A DNA stretch of 64,000 nt from Chlorokybus atmophyticus (GCA_009103225.1 RHPI01000773.1:148003-212002), one strand, 5' to 3'; positions 1 to 12,755 are shown, counted from the stretch's first letter. Notes: generated by a model from the sequence alone, not told the origin. Program-made: numbers and translations.

Positions 1-1551
1 GAATACTCGCTATTGAGTGAGGTAAATCTGCATATGCCATATGCCATGTGCCGCCTATGGATAGTTATTAATTTGCAAGTATGTGCGTCAGCTGCTTGGT
101 GGTTTAGCGGGCAACCATTATATTATAAGCAACAGTGCCGCTTGAGACTCTCAAGTGACACTAGTTTGCCTTTTGTAACACAATGTTATGACGTCGTAAC
201 ATTGTCAAGCAAACTTTGCAAATGATGCATCAATTTAATGGGTGTTGCAAATGTAGTCACTCTGATTATAATCAATGCTATGAAGCAATCCAACAGAAGC
301 TTGGCATGAATAACACTCAAGAAATATTAGCTGGCTAGATCACATAACAACATAATAACTGTGATGGTTATTTTTGCTTATTTGTAACGACTCGGGATAT
401 GTCAAGCCATGTGCACATCAGGAGAACCACATTTATGCATGAAAGCCGATGATATGGATTTCGATGATGTATCACCGATTCGATAAGCATAAGGTGCAAG
501 CTACGCAACAATTATGTGCGTCTTGTTTTACTCACGTGTTGATCGATCATTAATAATTTATATACTTGATTCTATTACACGCTTTTTTTACCCAATCGTG
601 TGACGATTCCACACTTACCTGTTTGCTGAACACTTGGCAAACTTATGCACAAGCACTAGGACTTACAGCACCCCGTAGATGGAAGTCCCTCCAGCCCAAG
701 ACACTCAGGGAGGAGCCCAAGATGACATAAGCTCACCTCCAGCTCCCAGCGCGCGCACACACGCACGCACGCACGCACGCACACTAGGTGGCACACATGT
801 GCACGTACATGTAGCACACACACTTACACTGAGTGGTGCACAATCACAGACACACCACCTGCCACATGGGATGGTAGGGAGAGCCCCTTCAACAGCTACT
901 AGCCAGGCACCCCACACACAAGTGGTAAACTACCAGTGCACACATGATGCCCACTAACAGCTACAACTCAGCTACTTATACCCTTGTTGCTCTCCAACCT
1001 GACACATTAACCAATAGCTCACACGAGCCTTGATAGTGTGCGCTGAAATGTCAGCACATGCTAACATATTCCCTACCTGGAGAATATTAACCCACCTCGG
1101 GAAGATCACCTGTCACATCACTTATACCTCGGGAACATTAAACTTAGCCCTGAGAGTGTATAGACATTAGCTGCCACCAACAGTTACTTACTGCCCACAG
1201 CAAAAATACAATGGCAATCTTTGTCACCATGACATCAACTTGACATTATCTGCCAGTGGCAGTGCACAACTGCTATGGGACTACCATATATGGCAATTCT
1301 TGTCACAACACTGTAACATGAGGCTCCATAGTGGTAGACATTGAACAGCTCTGTGCTAGCGCATATCAATGCCCTGTGTAGTTCTGTGTTCATGAATCCC
1401 AAGGAGACAAGGACGTGTCCGTGTGGTTCGACCTGTCCAGCACTACACGGCTTGACAAGTGATAAGTCCACATGGGCTATGTAATCCACACGAATAGCAC
1501 ACTTTCACACTCTTACCATCAAAGTAAGTAAAAGAGAGTGACTTTTGCCAG

Positions 1552-2965
1552 TGTTACGGCCTAGCTACTATAGCTGGTCATGTACAGTGTATATATAAGT
1601 TTAACTAGCGAGAGACAAAAGTCTAATAATCCTTGGTTGGATTATCTTGGTTTGTTATACAAGCTTTGAATGCGTGTGTTTGTGTTTGAGCTTTAACACG
1701 AGTGCAATGAATCGCTAATTATAGGCCTGGCTAGTTAGAGAATTTTAATGCATCTAATTAGAAGTGGTTGACTAGGAATGACCCTATTCATGTATGTATG
1801 GGCGTCTTGAGTAGGAAGATAAAAGCACATGGCTTTGGTATAATGATTTATTAACGCGATGTGGGCTTATGGGGTTAATCGCGTGAAACATCATAGGAAA
1901 AAGCATGTGTAATTATAAGGTTCATTTAGGCCAATCCAAGGCAGCTTATTTGGATCAGTTGACTAGAGCGAAGTAGCCTACCTAGGTTCGCTGATAAGTG
2001 AATTAGCGAAAAGCATAAAATAGGGTTAAATACCCCATTGCCGAATGAATGCGGACTTCGCGAAATCGCTAAGTCCGCTACACGCATAAGTGGGGGTCGC
2101 AACCGCGAGTGGGAAACACGGGGTGCGAGGCTAAGCAGGTAGGAGGACACTTCGCGAGTATTAATCCTCGAATTGGTATTAGGGTGAGCAAAAAGGTCTT
2201 TGCGAAATGAGTTCGCGAGGGGGTTGGTTCACCTGAGAAGTGGATCAACATAGTGAACTAAATTACAACATCAACTAAATTAGTTCACTAGGGGTTCGTA
2301 AGTGAACTAAGTGAATCACCCTAATATGAGGGGACTAATAGAAGAGAGAGCCAAAAGTGAATCACTGGTGAACTGAGTTAGTTCACTAGTAGAGTGATTC
2401 TTAATGCCGATAAGGAAGTGAACTAAGGTTGATTCACTAGTGAATCAACTATTAGATCACTTCGCGACGCGATGTCGCGACAGAAAATCGGCTAAGGCAT
2501 TGGCCCCCTCCCGCGTGTGCCAATACGCAGCGCTATGGCAGCGCCGCCTACCATCGCCGCATGCACAAAAGTTGCGGATACGCATTGTTGGTCACTTTGC
2601 AGAATGCCAGTGAACTAATGCCGGGTGAACTAAACTAATCACTTGGGTGAGTGAATGGGGATCTGGTAGAGGGCTTTTGGCCAAGTAGGTCTTAGCCAAG
2701 ATAGTTCCTAGTAAAGCTCACGGCGATAGATTTCGCCATAAAAAAAGAGCCAGTCGCGGGTGGAGGGTAGCCGCCGCGCGACTTGAGCTCTGGGCTTTTG
2801 GGGCTAAGGTAGGGGTACCTAAGCTAGGTGACCATAACCCTTAAGTTACCAAGTAGTTGTTCATTCAACGAAAGGTGATTAAGGGAATGTACACTCACTA
2901 CATGAAAAAGTGTGTGATCAATGTACATAGTTTTTGGTGTGATTTCCCCTCCGCGCGTCGTAACA
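1552..2965 (+). repeat. 5' LTR of element 1
   Basis: Starts TGTTACG, ends CGTAACA. Followed by a PBS-like TGGCCTCGGAGC at 2968-2979, which resembles the tRNA-Met PBS TGGTATCAGAGC with 3 mismatches. Confidence 0.92.
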
Positions 2966-3009
2966 GCTGGCCTCGGAGCTTGGACATACGATTTTGAACC
3001 ACTCAGGCC

Positions 3010-4269
3010 GTGGTTTGGGGCCACTTTGATTCGGAGATTCGCTTTCCGAAGTGCATGCCGAAACAACGCCGGATTGGAAATTATCACAAGTGGCGTAAGA
3101 CTTTTAACAGTAGCGCCAGTGAAGAGGATTACCGCGAAATAGAAGCCTATTTCGAAGAAAAAAGGCTAGTCGCGGCAATGGCGGAACAGGCGGAAGCTTC
3201 GAATCCACCGATTTTCCAACTAGGGAAAAAGATGCATCGGAGGATAGCCAAGTTGTTGCCAAAATATAAGAAGATAGCCTTGGCTTGTTGCAAAGAGGGC
3301 AAAAAGGCCAAGCAAGGCATCTTGAGACTTGTAAAAAACCTCGAGAAGAATGAGGAGGAGCTCACGCGCCTCCGTGTCCTTGGGGAGCAAGAAATGAAAG
3401 AACTCGAGGACAAAATAGACTCGGTCCAAGTAGGACCAAGTACCAAGTTTCTAAAAATTCCCCCGGCATGGACAGGCAAAAAAGGGCAGGATATAGACGC
3501 TTGGTGGAACCAAGTCGAAGTGACTTTGGCTACGGTTCCGGAAAGGCAAAGGTTGGGTTTTGCCGCGGGATACTTTAGTTGTGGAAGGACCATAGGTCTC
3601 ATTTGGTTGAACCCACCTTTGAATCCCTAAAGGAGTTTTTGTTTAGCCAATATAGGACAGTGGACCCCGGGCTTGATGCCAGGGATAAGCTATCCGACTT
3701 GAAACAATCGGGCAAGTTGATCACGGAATTTGTGAGCCAATTCAACCTGTTAGCGGCTCAGGCTGCAAATGGGGGAAGGCCACTAAGCCTGATTGAGAAG
3801 GCCAACCTATTCATTCGAGCCTTGGATTCTAAGCTCCAAAAGCAACCAGATATTATGCGGTTGCAAAAGACTGATATAGAGTGGACTCAGGAGAAGTTCG
3901 CGGAGCTTGAGAACACGGCAAGATGGGTCGGCCGGAATTTGGCTAGCATTAACAAAAGGGATAGAGAAGAGGGTGGAGACAAATCCGGGGGAGGAAAGGG
4001 AAAGAAAAGAAAAGGATTTGCCCCCCAATCGGAGATGGAAAATCCGGTTGAAAAGGAGAAGTCTTCAAACCCCTCTAAAGAAAAAGGGTAAAAAGCCGTT
4101 TGGCAAGAAACCCTTTAAGCCAGCCTTCCAGGGCAAGGCAAGACTCTCCAGTGAAGAGAAGGAGACAAGAACTCGCGAAGGTTTATGCTTCAATTGTGGC
4201 GAAAAGGGGCATATGGCCTCCAAGTGCCCGAAAAAAGGAGCAAAGCCAACCGAGGATCCCGCCAAGTGA
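3010..4269 (+). pseudogene. Frameshifted gag of element 1
   Basis: Overlapping ORFs 3010-3630, 3579-4091 and 3907-4269 give a retrotransposon gag-like core (DPGLDARDKLSDLKQSGKLITEFVSQFNLLA) and a CX2CX4HX4C knuckle. Confidence 0.85.
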
Positions 4270-5085
4270 CGGTGTGGGGTGGTTGCTTGTATAGGAACGG
4301 CGCCAGAGGAGGAGCAAAGTAGTGGGCGACTTAAGAACAACAGTTGTATAGCTACAACGATGAAGTTGCGCATGAAATGCGATGTTTGTTTTGAGAATGA
4401 GTTTGAAGATTTGCTAACAATTAACTCACTTGAGGTAGAGCATGAGCGAATTCTCATATGCGTGCCACTTCGTGAGTTAACAAATACTGTGACAAATTAT
4501 TAGCAATCAAAGCAAACTAACCCCGAAATTAAGGCGTCTGTTCGAACACCTAAATATTATGGTAAGTGGAAAAGGTTGTTAGGCGGTATGCGCCGTATGG
4601 GCACATTACCAAGGGCCAAATCACCTTTTGCCACCGACCTGCAAATGTGGTGTGATGATGCAAGTGATCGCCGAGGTACAGAAATAAATCCTAAACTAAG
4701 TATGGTCTTCGATGCATTGATGAATGATAGGGCATGTGGTGTGGTCTTAGTTGACGCTGGTGCCTTAGAAAATTTCGTAAGTGCCGAATTGGCAAAAAGG
4801 GTCTCGGCCACCATTGAGACTACCAATGCTAGGGCAGGCCTAGTAGGTGAGTTACATTGAAAAGTAAGTGGCGTGACAGGGTTGCTAATTCGAATGGGGG
4901 ATTATAGGGCCAAAATAAAGCTATATGTGGTCAAGTCCCTCATTCCAGGCATAGATGTGATATTAGGTGATAGTTGGCAAAAGCACGTGAAGTTAGAATT
5001 AACAAGCGTGCCCCCTTCTATTACAATCACACAAGGTGACAAGCGTTTTGCTTTGACACCTAGTAGGAACCGTAAGCCTATGCAA
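4270..5085 (+). pseudogene. 5' part of pol of element 1: MTase-like linker plus aspartic protease, with in-frame stops
   Basis: Frame 1 continues from gag through stops at 4501 and 4858. Contains VVLVDAGALENFVSAELAKR and IPGIDVILGDSW (retropepsin motifs). Confidence 0.8.
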
Positions 5086-5256
5086 CGCTTTCACAACACC
5101 TTAAAGGATCTGCCGCATTTATCCTACCTGGCCTATATTCCCAATCAAAATCATATCGCACGAAATACTCATGCCACCTTACTTGGCGTCGCGACAAATT
5201 AGGTTGCGTATTTAGGTGTACTAAGGGGTTGTGATCAGTTATCACCTTATGCCTCC
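5085..5256 (-). pseudogene. Inverted RNase H C-terminal fragment of a gypsy pol
   Basis: Minus strand reads [48 protein letters not shown]. This aligns directly with [48 protein letters not shown] in element 2. Confidence 0.9.
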
Positions 5257-5389
5257 CCGTGTGGTTCGACCTGTCCAGCACTACACGGCTTGACAAGTGA
5301 TAAGTCCACATGGGCTATGTAATCCACATGAATAGCACACTTTCACACTCTTACCATCAAAGTAAGTAAAAGAGAGTGACTTTTGCCAG

Positions 5390-6803
5390 TGTTACGGCCT
5401 AGCTACTATAGCTGGTCATGTACAGTGTATATATAAGTTTAACTAGCGAGAGACAAAAGTTTAATAATCCTTGGTTGGATTATCTTGGTTTGTTATACAA
5501 GCTTTGAATGCGTGTGTTTGTGTTTGAGCTTTAACACGAGTGCAATGCATCGCTAATTACAGGCCTGGCTAGTTAGAGCCTTTCAATGCATCTAATTAGA
5601 AGTGGTTGACTAGGAATTACCCTATTCATGTATGTATGGGCGTCTTTAGTAGGAAGATAAAAGCACATGGCTTTAGTATAATGATTTATTGACGCGATGT
5701 GGGCTTATGGGGTCAATCGCGTGAAACATCATATGAAAGAAAATGTGTAAATATAAGGTTCATTTAGGCCAAATCAAAGCGGCTTATTTGGATCAGTTGA
5801 CTAGAGTGAAGTAGCCTACCTAGGTTCGCTGATTAGTGAATTAGCAAAAAGCCTAAAATAGGGTTAAATACCCCATTGCCGAATGAATGCGGACTTCGCG
5901 AAATCGCTAAGTCCGCTACACGCATAAGTGGGGGTCGCAACCGCGAGTGGGAAACACGGGGTGCGAGGCTAAGCAGGTAGGAGGACACTTCGCGAGTATT
6001 AATCCTCGAATTGGTATTAGGGTGAGCAAAAAGGTCTTTGCGAAATGAGTTCGCGAGGGGGTTGGTTCACCTGAGAAGTGGATCAACATAGTGAACTAAA
6101 TTACAACATCAACTAAATTAGTTCACTAGGGGTTCGTAAGTGAACTAAGTGAATCACCCTAACATGAGGGGACTAATAGAAGAGAGAGCCAAAAGTGAAT
6201 CACTGGTGAACTGAGTTAGTTCACTAGTAGAGTGATTCTTAATGCCGATAAGGAAGTGAACTAAGGTTGATTCACTAGTGAATCAACTATTAGATCACTT
6301 CGCGACGCGATGTCGCGACAGAAAATCGGCTAAGGCATTGGCCCCCTCCCGCGTGTGCCAATACGCAGCGCTATGGCAGCGCCGCCTACCATCGCCGCAT
6401 GCACAAAAGTTGCGGATACGCATTGTTGGTCACTTTGCAGAATGCCAGTGAACTAATGCCGGGTGAACTAAACTAATCACTTGGGTGAGTGAATGGGGAT
6501 CTGGTAGAGGGCTTTTGGCCAAGTAGGTCTTAGCCAAGATAGTTCCTAGTAAAGCTCACGGCGATAGATTTCGCCATAAAAAAAGAGCCAGTCGCGGGTG
6601 GAGGGTAGCCGCCGCGCGACTTGAGCTCTGGGCTTTTGGGGCTAAGGTAGGGGTACCTAAGCTAGGTGACCATAACCCTTAAGTTACCAAGTAGTTGTTC
6701 ATTCAACGAAAGGTGATTAAGGGAATGTACAGTCACTACATGTAAAAGTGTGTGATCAATGTACATAGTTTTTGGTGTGATTTCCCCTCCGCGCGTCGTA
6801 ACA
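5390..6803 (+). repeat. 3' LTR of element 1 (flanked by GCCAG on both sides)
   Basis: Direct copy of 1552-2965 at offset 3838. GCCAG occurs at 5385-5389 and 6804-6808. Confidence 0.92.
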
Positions 6804-8299
6804 GCCAGCCCCATGGGCATGACAAGTCACCACTCTGAGAGCGATAATTGGTCGCAACTGCGACTTGCTGTTGCGATGTTATGTTGAAACCGTTGGTAAT
6901 TGCTACTCGTCTGCCCCAATAATTACATTGAATGTGACACCATCAGCCACTAGCCGCCATCAACTCCTGGTAGGTGCACACCGCCTGACGTTCAAGCACT
7001 ATGAATGGTACATCTCTTGCAGTGGAATTTGCTTTTGCTAATTGAATTTAGAGTAACATGAGCGGTCTGTCTGTCATTAATACGTATACATGTACGCAAA
7101 GCATATTGGTGATCACGCTTATCAATCTACTTGACATGCATGCAAGATTGATTGATCGAACTTGCATTTCATATAGATCGAGATAAATAACGCAATTCAC
7201 AAGGATGTGCATGTTGCAAACATTGCAAACATCATCATGATGCTTGTCGCCAGATCGATCAAACGAGTTGTGTTTGTTAATGTGTACAGAGCCAGCCTAT
7301 ATGGCATATGCTTGTACATTCAATGAGCAATGTACAACACACCTCACAACTTTAACTCGGCACTTTTGCGTATATCAAACATTAATACTCTGGTTGCATG
7401 GCTCTACGTGTTGAAACAACAAGCGGGATTAGGTGTGTGTAAAAACCATACTGCTTGTGAACTCTTGAGACACACTGTCCTTAGCAGAATCTCATGTATT
7501 TACAAATGTGAAGCGATGTTGACATGTCTCGTTGGATCTCCCTTATAATCTCCACCGTTGCTGCTTGTTTATAAACATCGCAATCCCGCCCCACATGACT
7601 ATAGGTGGACTATGTATGACGGCCGTCGATGGCAGTCCAACATGTCGCTGGCAGTTAGCTCAGGTACTGAGTGTCCGATGCCCGTTACCGATCAACGACG
7701 GCGGACGGCCTCTGTGACCTGCCGTGCAGCGCCGCCCCAAGGCTGACCGACATCTGTGGTTGTGCACCTTCGACTAATGGTAACCTGTGGGGTATCCAAA
7801 AATATAATTGGTTAGCTGCAAGGTAACTTAAGGCGACGAAGTGGTGCTTGTTGGGAAGCTGAAACTTATGTCCGTTAGCTTAAAAGCGACTTCTTATAAC
7901 AACACAGCATCTATTAACCACCTGAAAAACCATGCAAGTTAGCTCCTGATTGACTGAAGATAACCGCGGATAACCTGCAGTGTAATTCATCAATTGATAA
8001 GTTACGGTGGCGGTTTTGCTGAAGCCGCCGCTAGTGGGCCACGTACAAAGGAACGTAGCTTACCTTGAACCCGAAGCACGCAAAGATACGTAGCTCACGA
8101 ACAGCATACGGTATGCACATGAACTAGATTCGCGTATGCGAGTTTAACAATGCCCACTGCCTTGCTATCTTGGCAGGCCATGCTGGTGTGCACACATCAT
8201 CTGAATTCAATACGTATGCATGTTGCCACCATATAATGGTTGCGAAAGCGTTCATGTGCCCCGGGCAATGTTTGCGGTCCCCCCACCCCGCACCCCGAT

Positions 8300-8301
<2 letters not shown>

Positions 8302-8351
<50 letters not shown>

Positions 8352-8476
8352 CGAGCATCNCGGACATATGGAGCTGCTTGCGCGTATATGTAAGACAAGA
8401 CGTGTCCATGAGCATGCCTACATGCAGTCAGCACGAGAGACCGTGACCTATCCCAACACCCTCTGAATAAAAAGAC

Positions 8477-8516
<40 letters not shown>
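8302..8516. repeat. (CT)n and (AG)n microsatellites upstream of family copy 1
   Basis: Runs at about 8302-8346 and 8478-8516. Confidence 0.95.
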
Positions 8517-8518
<2 letters not shown>

Positions 8519-8728
8519 CGCGCTGTGGTGCAAGACGTCCCAGCCCTGAAGCAGCTGCGGCACGCCTTGCCCGCTCCCTTCCAGGAGGCGGGAGCTTCTA
8601 CGAGGATCATTTACCCCCCCCCCCCCCGCCCAATCCCGGCAAGAGGCCCTGAGGAGCCTTATGCATCCCAAGTTGGGATGCATGCCGCCAGCGTTCATCC
8701 CCAGGACGTTGACTCACTGACGGCTGTC

Positions 8729-8782
8729 GTGGGGCATGCCCCACAGCTGTCAGTCAGTGCGCACACTGACTGACAGCTGTCA
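8729..8782. promoter_or_regulatory. Tandem palindrome/hairpin upstream of family copy 1, including TGACAGCTGTCA
   Basis: 16-bp palindrome GTGGGGCATGCCCCAC (8729-8744), 17-bp stem 8743-8759/8764-8780, and TGACAGCTGTCA at 8771-8782. A regulatory role is inferred only from position. Confidence 0.55.
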
Positions 8783-9230
8783 CATCTTGGCCCGCCTCTT
8801 ACCGCCTAAGAGAGAGCGGCGGGGAAGTGGGAGGTGGCAAGGGTTGCTGCGTCGGGTCGGCGAGGCGAGGAGAGGCGAGGAGAGGCGAAGGCGAGGTGTT
8901 GAGCGGCATCATCCCAGCGGTGCTCAGCCTCTGCCTGGTGCTCCCGGCCTATCCAGCTGAGGTAGACGCCCCGGAGCGGTGTTGAACATGGTCGCAATAG
9001 TTGTCAATTAGCGGTGCAAGCAGAAGCCTGCATGCATGCAGTCAGGCAGAAACGTGTGCATGCATGGATCATGCATGCAAGAGTCAACACGAAGGTTGCA
9101 CCAAAGGCTCTGCGCCCACCCTTCGCAACACCCTCAATACCACTCAGTCATCCTCAACCCCCCCACACAGTAGCATCACATCTCTCTCTCGCACACGTGC
9201 AGCAAGGATAGCTTCCATCTCGTCGAGCAG

Positions 9231-10376
9231 ATGGCATTCACCCGCGCGGTCTGCAGCTCCATCACCACCAAACCCCCAACATGTGCGGCGCAGCAGCAGC
9301 TGCGCCGCAGCATCGTGCAGCTGGTGGCAGGCAGAGGCCACGTTACGCGTAGCATCAAGCCTTCCGCAAGCATCAACAGGCCTGTGTCAAAGCTCGCCAT
9401 GGCAAAAAGGAAGGTGCTCCCGCGCCTGACCAGCACAGTCAACAACTCCTCCGCTTCCAATCAGCCAAAAGAAGACGGTGGCCGTGCGAATGATGGTGAG
9501 CTCTAAGCATGGGTAGTTGTTTCAACGTCTCTTTTCTCTGTTGCTCACTGTGCTCGCTCAAACACTGCTTGCATTGGGTTGCACTTAGTTCAACCACTCA
9601 AGTTGATAGTACCCTCTTGCTCGTTTGTGGCAACGTTTCACCTCACAGTCACATGACAAGTTTGCAGATGTTCCTGTTCTGGTGAAACAGAGCCCAGCTG
9701 TTGTGCTACAGCAGCCGAGCACACTTTCTTCTGTGTGAGACCGGGGCAGCTTGAAGCGCATATGCTGTCATCAGGAGTTACCTGTCACCTCCCGCGATGG
9801 AATAGGTTCTCACACCCCCTGTGCGCGGTGCTGGCAGGGAGGGGATTCGAATCTGACTGGGTCATCCTGGATCCTCTTGAAGACAGCACAAGCCCCCAAC
9901 TCAGGTTCGTCAAGAAGAGTGAGCTACAGGCTGAGCTCGCATGCGTGGCGTCCGACCTCCATGTTGTGAGCCGCTCGCTGCAGCGGCGTGTGCTGCTGGA
10001 CGCAGTGAAGGCCGAGTGCATCAGTAAAGACAAGGCGTGCAAGTTGTATGACAACACGGTGGTGTGCACGGGCCGGGTAGACACGGATCAGTTACAGACC
10101 CACCTCCGCTGGCATCCAACACGCCTTCACACCAGCGTCGGCCATGTTAACTGCACGCTGGCTGTTGCATTCGCCAGCCCGCTTGAGGTGGAGACCGTCG
10201 AGGACGCGGCCCAACTCAGGTCGCTCATGCAGGACGTGGACGGGTACAACGACGTCGTGGCGTCGCTTGTGGTCCTCATGAAAGTCTACCACATAATCCC
10301 TCTGGAGAAAGCCCCGGAGTGGCTGAGTCGCGATCAGGAAGGCAATTGGAGCGTCAATCCAAAGGCCTCAGATTAG
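9231..10376 (+). CDS. Unknown-function protein, family copy 1 (exons 9231-9495, 9775-10376), putative organelle transit peptide
   Basis: ATG follows an AG acceptor of a probable 5' UTR intron (8962-9230). The phase-1 GT-AG intron 9496-9774 restores a continuous frame of about 290 aa. Exon 1 is S/T/A/R-rich and exon 2 is conserved in three other copies. Confidence 0.75.
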
Positions 10377-12755
10377 CGCTAGGTCTTCAATTGGTATAAG
10401 GGTGCAAGTGCAGAGTTGCTAGTAGAGCAGGACTAGGAGGAGGCAGAGTGCGGTACGTACGACTTGAGGGGGGTTGCCACAGTGTGCGAGTTACTCAACC
10501 ACATTGGATGTTGGTGTGAAAAACCGCATGTTTATTGGACAAGTGTAACGTGCCACTAGTGGGAGTGTGCGTAGCTGTGGATCAACTTGTAAGCTTGCGC
10601 TTTGCGCCGAGCATACACAGCAACAGCCGCGTTTATAAGGATGATGCTGATCATGGAACCTACCTGCAGTACACTCTCTCTCTCTCTCTCTCACTCATGC
10701 GCGGACAACTTGTTGGGTGCTTTGCTCATATGCACTCGAGTTCCCCTCCACATCCCAACCAGAGAGCTCTCATTTTGATATGTAATTGTTGGAAACGTAG
10801 CTTTGCCGTGGATAGATACATATGTGTGGCATTGCATGTATGGTTATGGGCATGCCCACACTATGAGCGGCTTGGCTATTGACGCCCATGGCCCCAGTGG
10901 CCATGGCAAAACTACAAGTAGCTTTGTTCCGCATGCGTCACCATCTACTACGTGGTTGTTGTTGTGGTGGCAGTGTTGCTTATGTCGCCATTAACAACAG
11001 TGGCAATATCCAATAGCGCGATCACGAGCGTTTAAGCCAAAGAGCTGGAGGACGATCATCCTTGCAACCTTGCCCAGCCAACAAGTGCATGTGTGTGTCA
11101 GGGTTGCACTGCTGTCAGCGCAATAATTTTACATGTATTTACATGCATGCTAAGCGACGCCCGGAGTGGCACTGGTGGGCCACGTACAAAAAAAGGCAGC
11201 TAATCTTGAACTAAAGCACACCAACATGGATAGCTCACGGACAGCGTATGGTATTTGCATTAACCAAGTGCGGTGCGAGTTCAACTATGCCAACTGCCCT
11301 GCTATCTTGTGGCAAGTGTGGCGAGTTCAACAATGCCAACTGCCCTTGCATTTTGTTGCTGATTTTGTGAAGTACAGGTGCCTGTGTTGCTGTGGGCTTG
11401 TTCTCAAGCAGTGCTCTGCCCTGTAGGACATTGCACCAGAATGGATGCAATATCCTTGCAGCGACATAAACTCTACGACTTTCATAATGGAGGTGCTGGC
11501 AATGGAGTTTCCAGATCTGGCGGCCAGTGCACAGCTGTTTCATTGATCACACTTGCGTCCTTCCTGTTTGTTGATAACCACACGCTTAACAGTACGTCGT
11601 TCCAACTTCAACAGGTATTGACTGGTGATAATCATCTTTGGAAGTAATGCCACCAACCCTGCTGCCAGCATGCGTGCACTTAAAAGCCTCTTGAAGACCG
11701 TAAAGTACCATACTGACAGTCCGAGACAGTTTTACACACAACCAACCTTGCAGTCCGAAGCTGCCCCATTAGCATAATGAAGATCAGCAAATTGAGCGAT
11801 TAGCAATGTGCCATCCCGCCAAAACTTGAGTCTCTTGTCAATGCGCGGCAACGAACTCCTGTATGGAAACCCAAGTTCAGATTCGAATGGGCAAATCTAA
11901 GTGTGAAGTGGCTAACGTGCTGGCAACTGTAACTACGCACGTGTTTGTTACTTCAGCAATGGGTTGCTCCCTCGGCAGCACCCACAGTATCAGCGTCGTC
12001 CAGCCCATTAAGATGAGTATAATAAGGAGAGTTCCAAGTGCACACCTGTACACAAACCGGCATGTTGTCGCAGACGGCACGCATGCAACGGGGAAGTGCG
12101 GTTGATACATTTGCCTTCAACTTGCTGACGCTCTTTAAATAGTTTTGGAGCACAACAGTGAGAGCATAACAATAAAGTTGGGCTGTATATACCGCCACTA
12201 CTTGATCATCACATCTTCATGACTACCCATCAATGGGTCACTCATTATCATGGAAAGCCGCAATGCTTTTCTGAGTGCCACAATCTATGCAATGCTTTCG
12301 GCACAGTTGCTGTCGCGGCAACTTCTGGCTTTGGTTAATTTGTTTTTAAGCAATTGCTGATTGAGAGGATAGTATTTATGCAAGGATATGCTAACACCGA
12401 CACTTTATGACATGTCACACCTGCGTTAGCAAGTGGTCACAACGAACGTCATCAGTTCATTGCCCCCCCCCCCCCCCNACGCGCACCCCGATAGGGCATC
12501 TCTACCATTGCCAACATCAGGCCTCTCTCTCTCTCTCTCTCTAAAACGAGACGTGTACTTGAGCATGCCTACATGCAGTCAGCACGAGAGACCGTGGCCT
12601 ATCCCAACACCCTCTGAATGAAAAGACAATGAGAGAGAGAGCGTGCGCGCTGTGGTGCACGACATCCCAGCCCTGAAGCAGCAGCGGCACGCCTTGCCCG
12701 CTCCCTTCCAGGAGGCGGGAGTTTCTACGAGGACGCTGACTTGCTGACGGCTGTC

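Larger units (their letters stand above)
1552..6803 (+). mobile_element. Ty3/gypsy LTR retrotransposon, degenerate and rearranged (gag + protease present, RT/integrase missing)
   Basis: Two 1414-bp direct repeats with TGTTACG...CGTAACA ends. A 5-bp GCCAG target-site duplication lies at 1547-1551 and 6804-6808. Gag zinc knuckle CFNCGEKGHMASKC and protease-like VDAGALENFVS lie between the repeats. Confidence 0.93.

Noticed and set aside
679-957. 92-aa ORF with ARTH repeats
   Set aside because: Derived from a CACG microsatellite, with no recognisable domain.
1419-2965. Treating the whole 1547-bp direct repeat as the LTR
   Set aside because: The TGTTACG/CGTAACA ends and GCCAG duplication place the LTR start at 1552. 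The extra 133 bp is host flank.
9775-10376. Faint resemblance of PxLxFxKKSEL and VDGYN to Tic22 or CcmS-like motifs
   Set aside because: Only a few residues match, which is not enough to name the family without a profile search.
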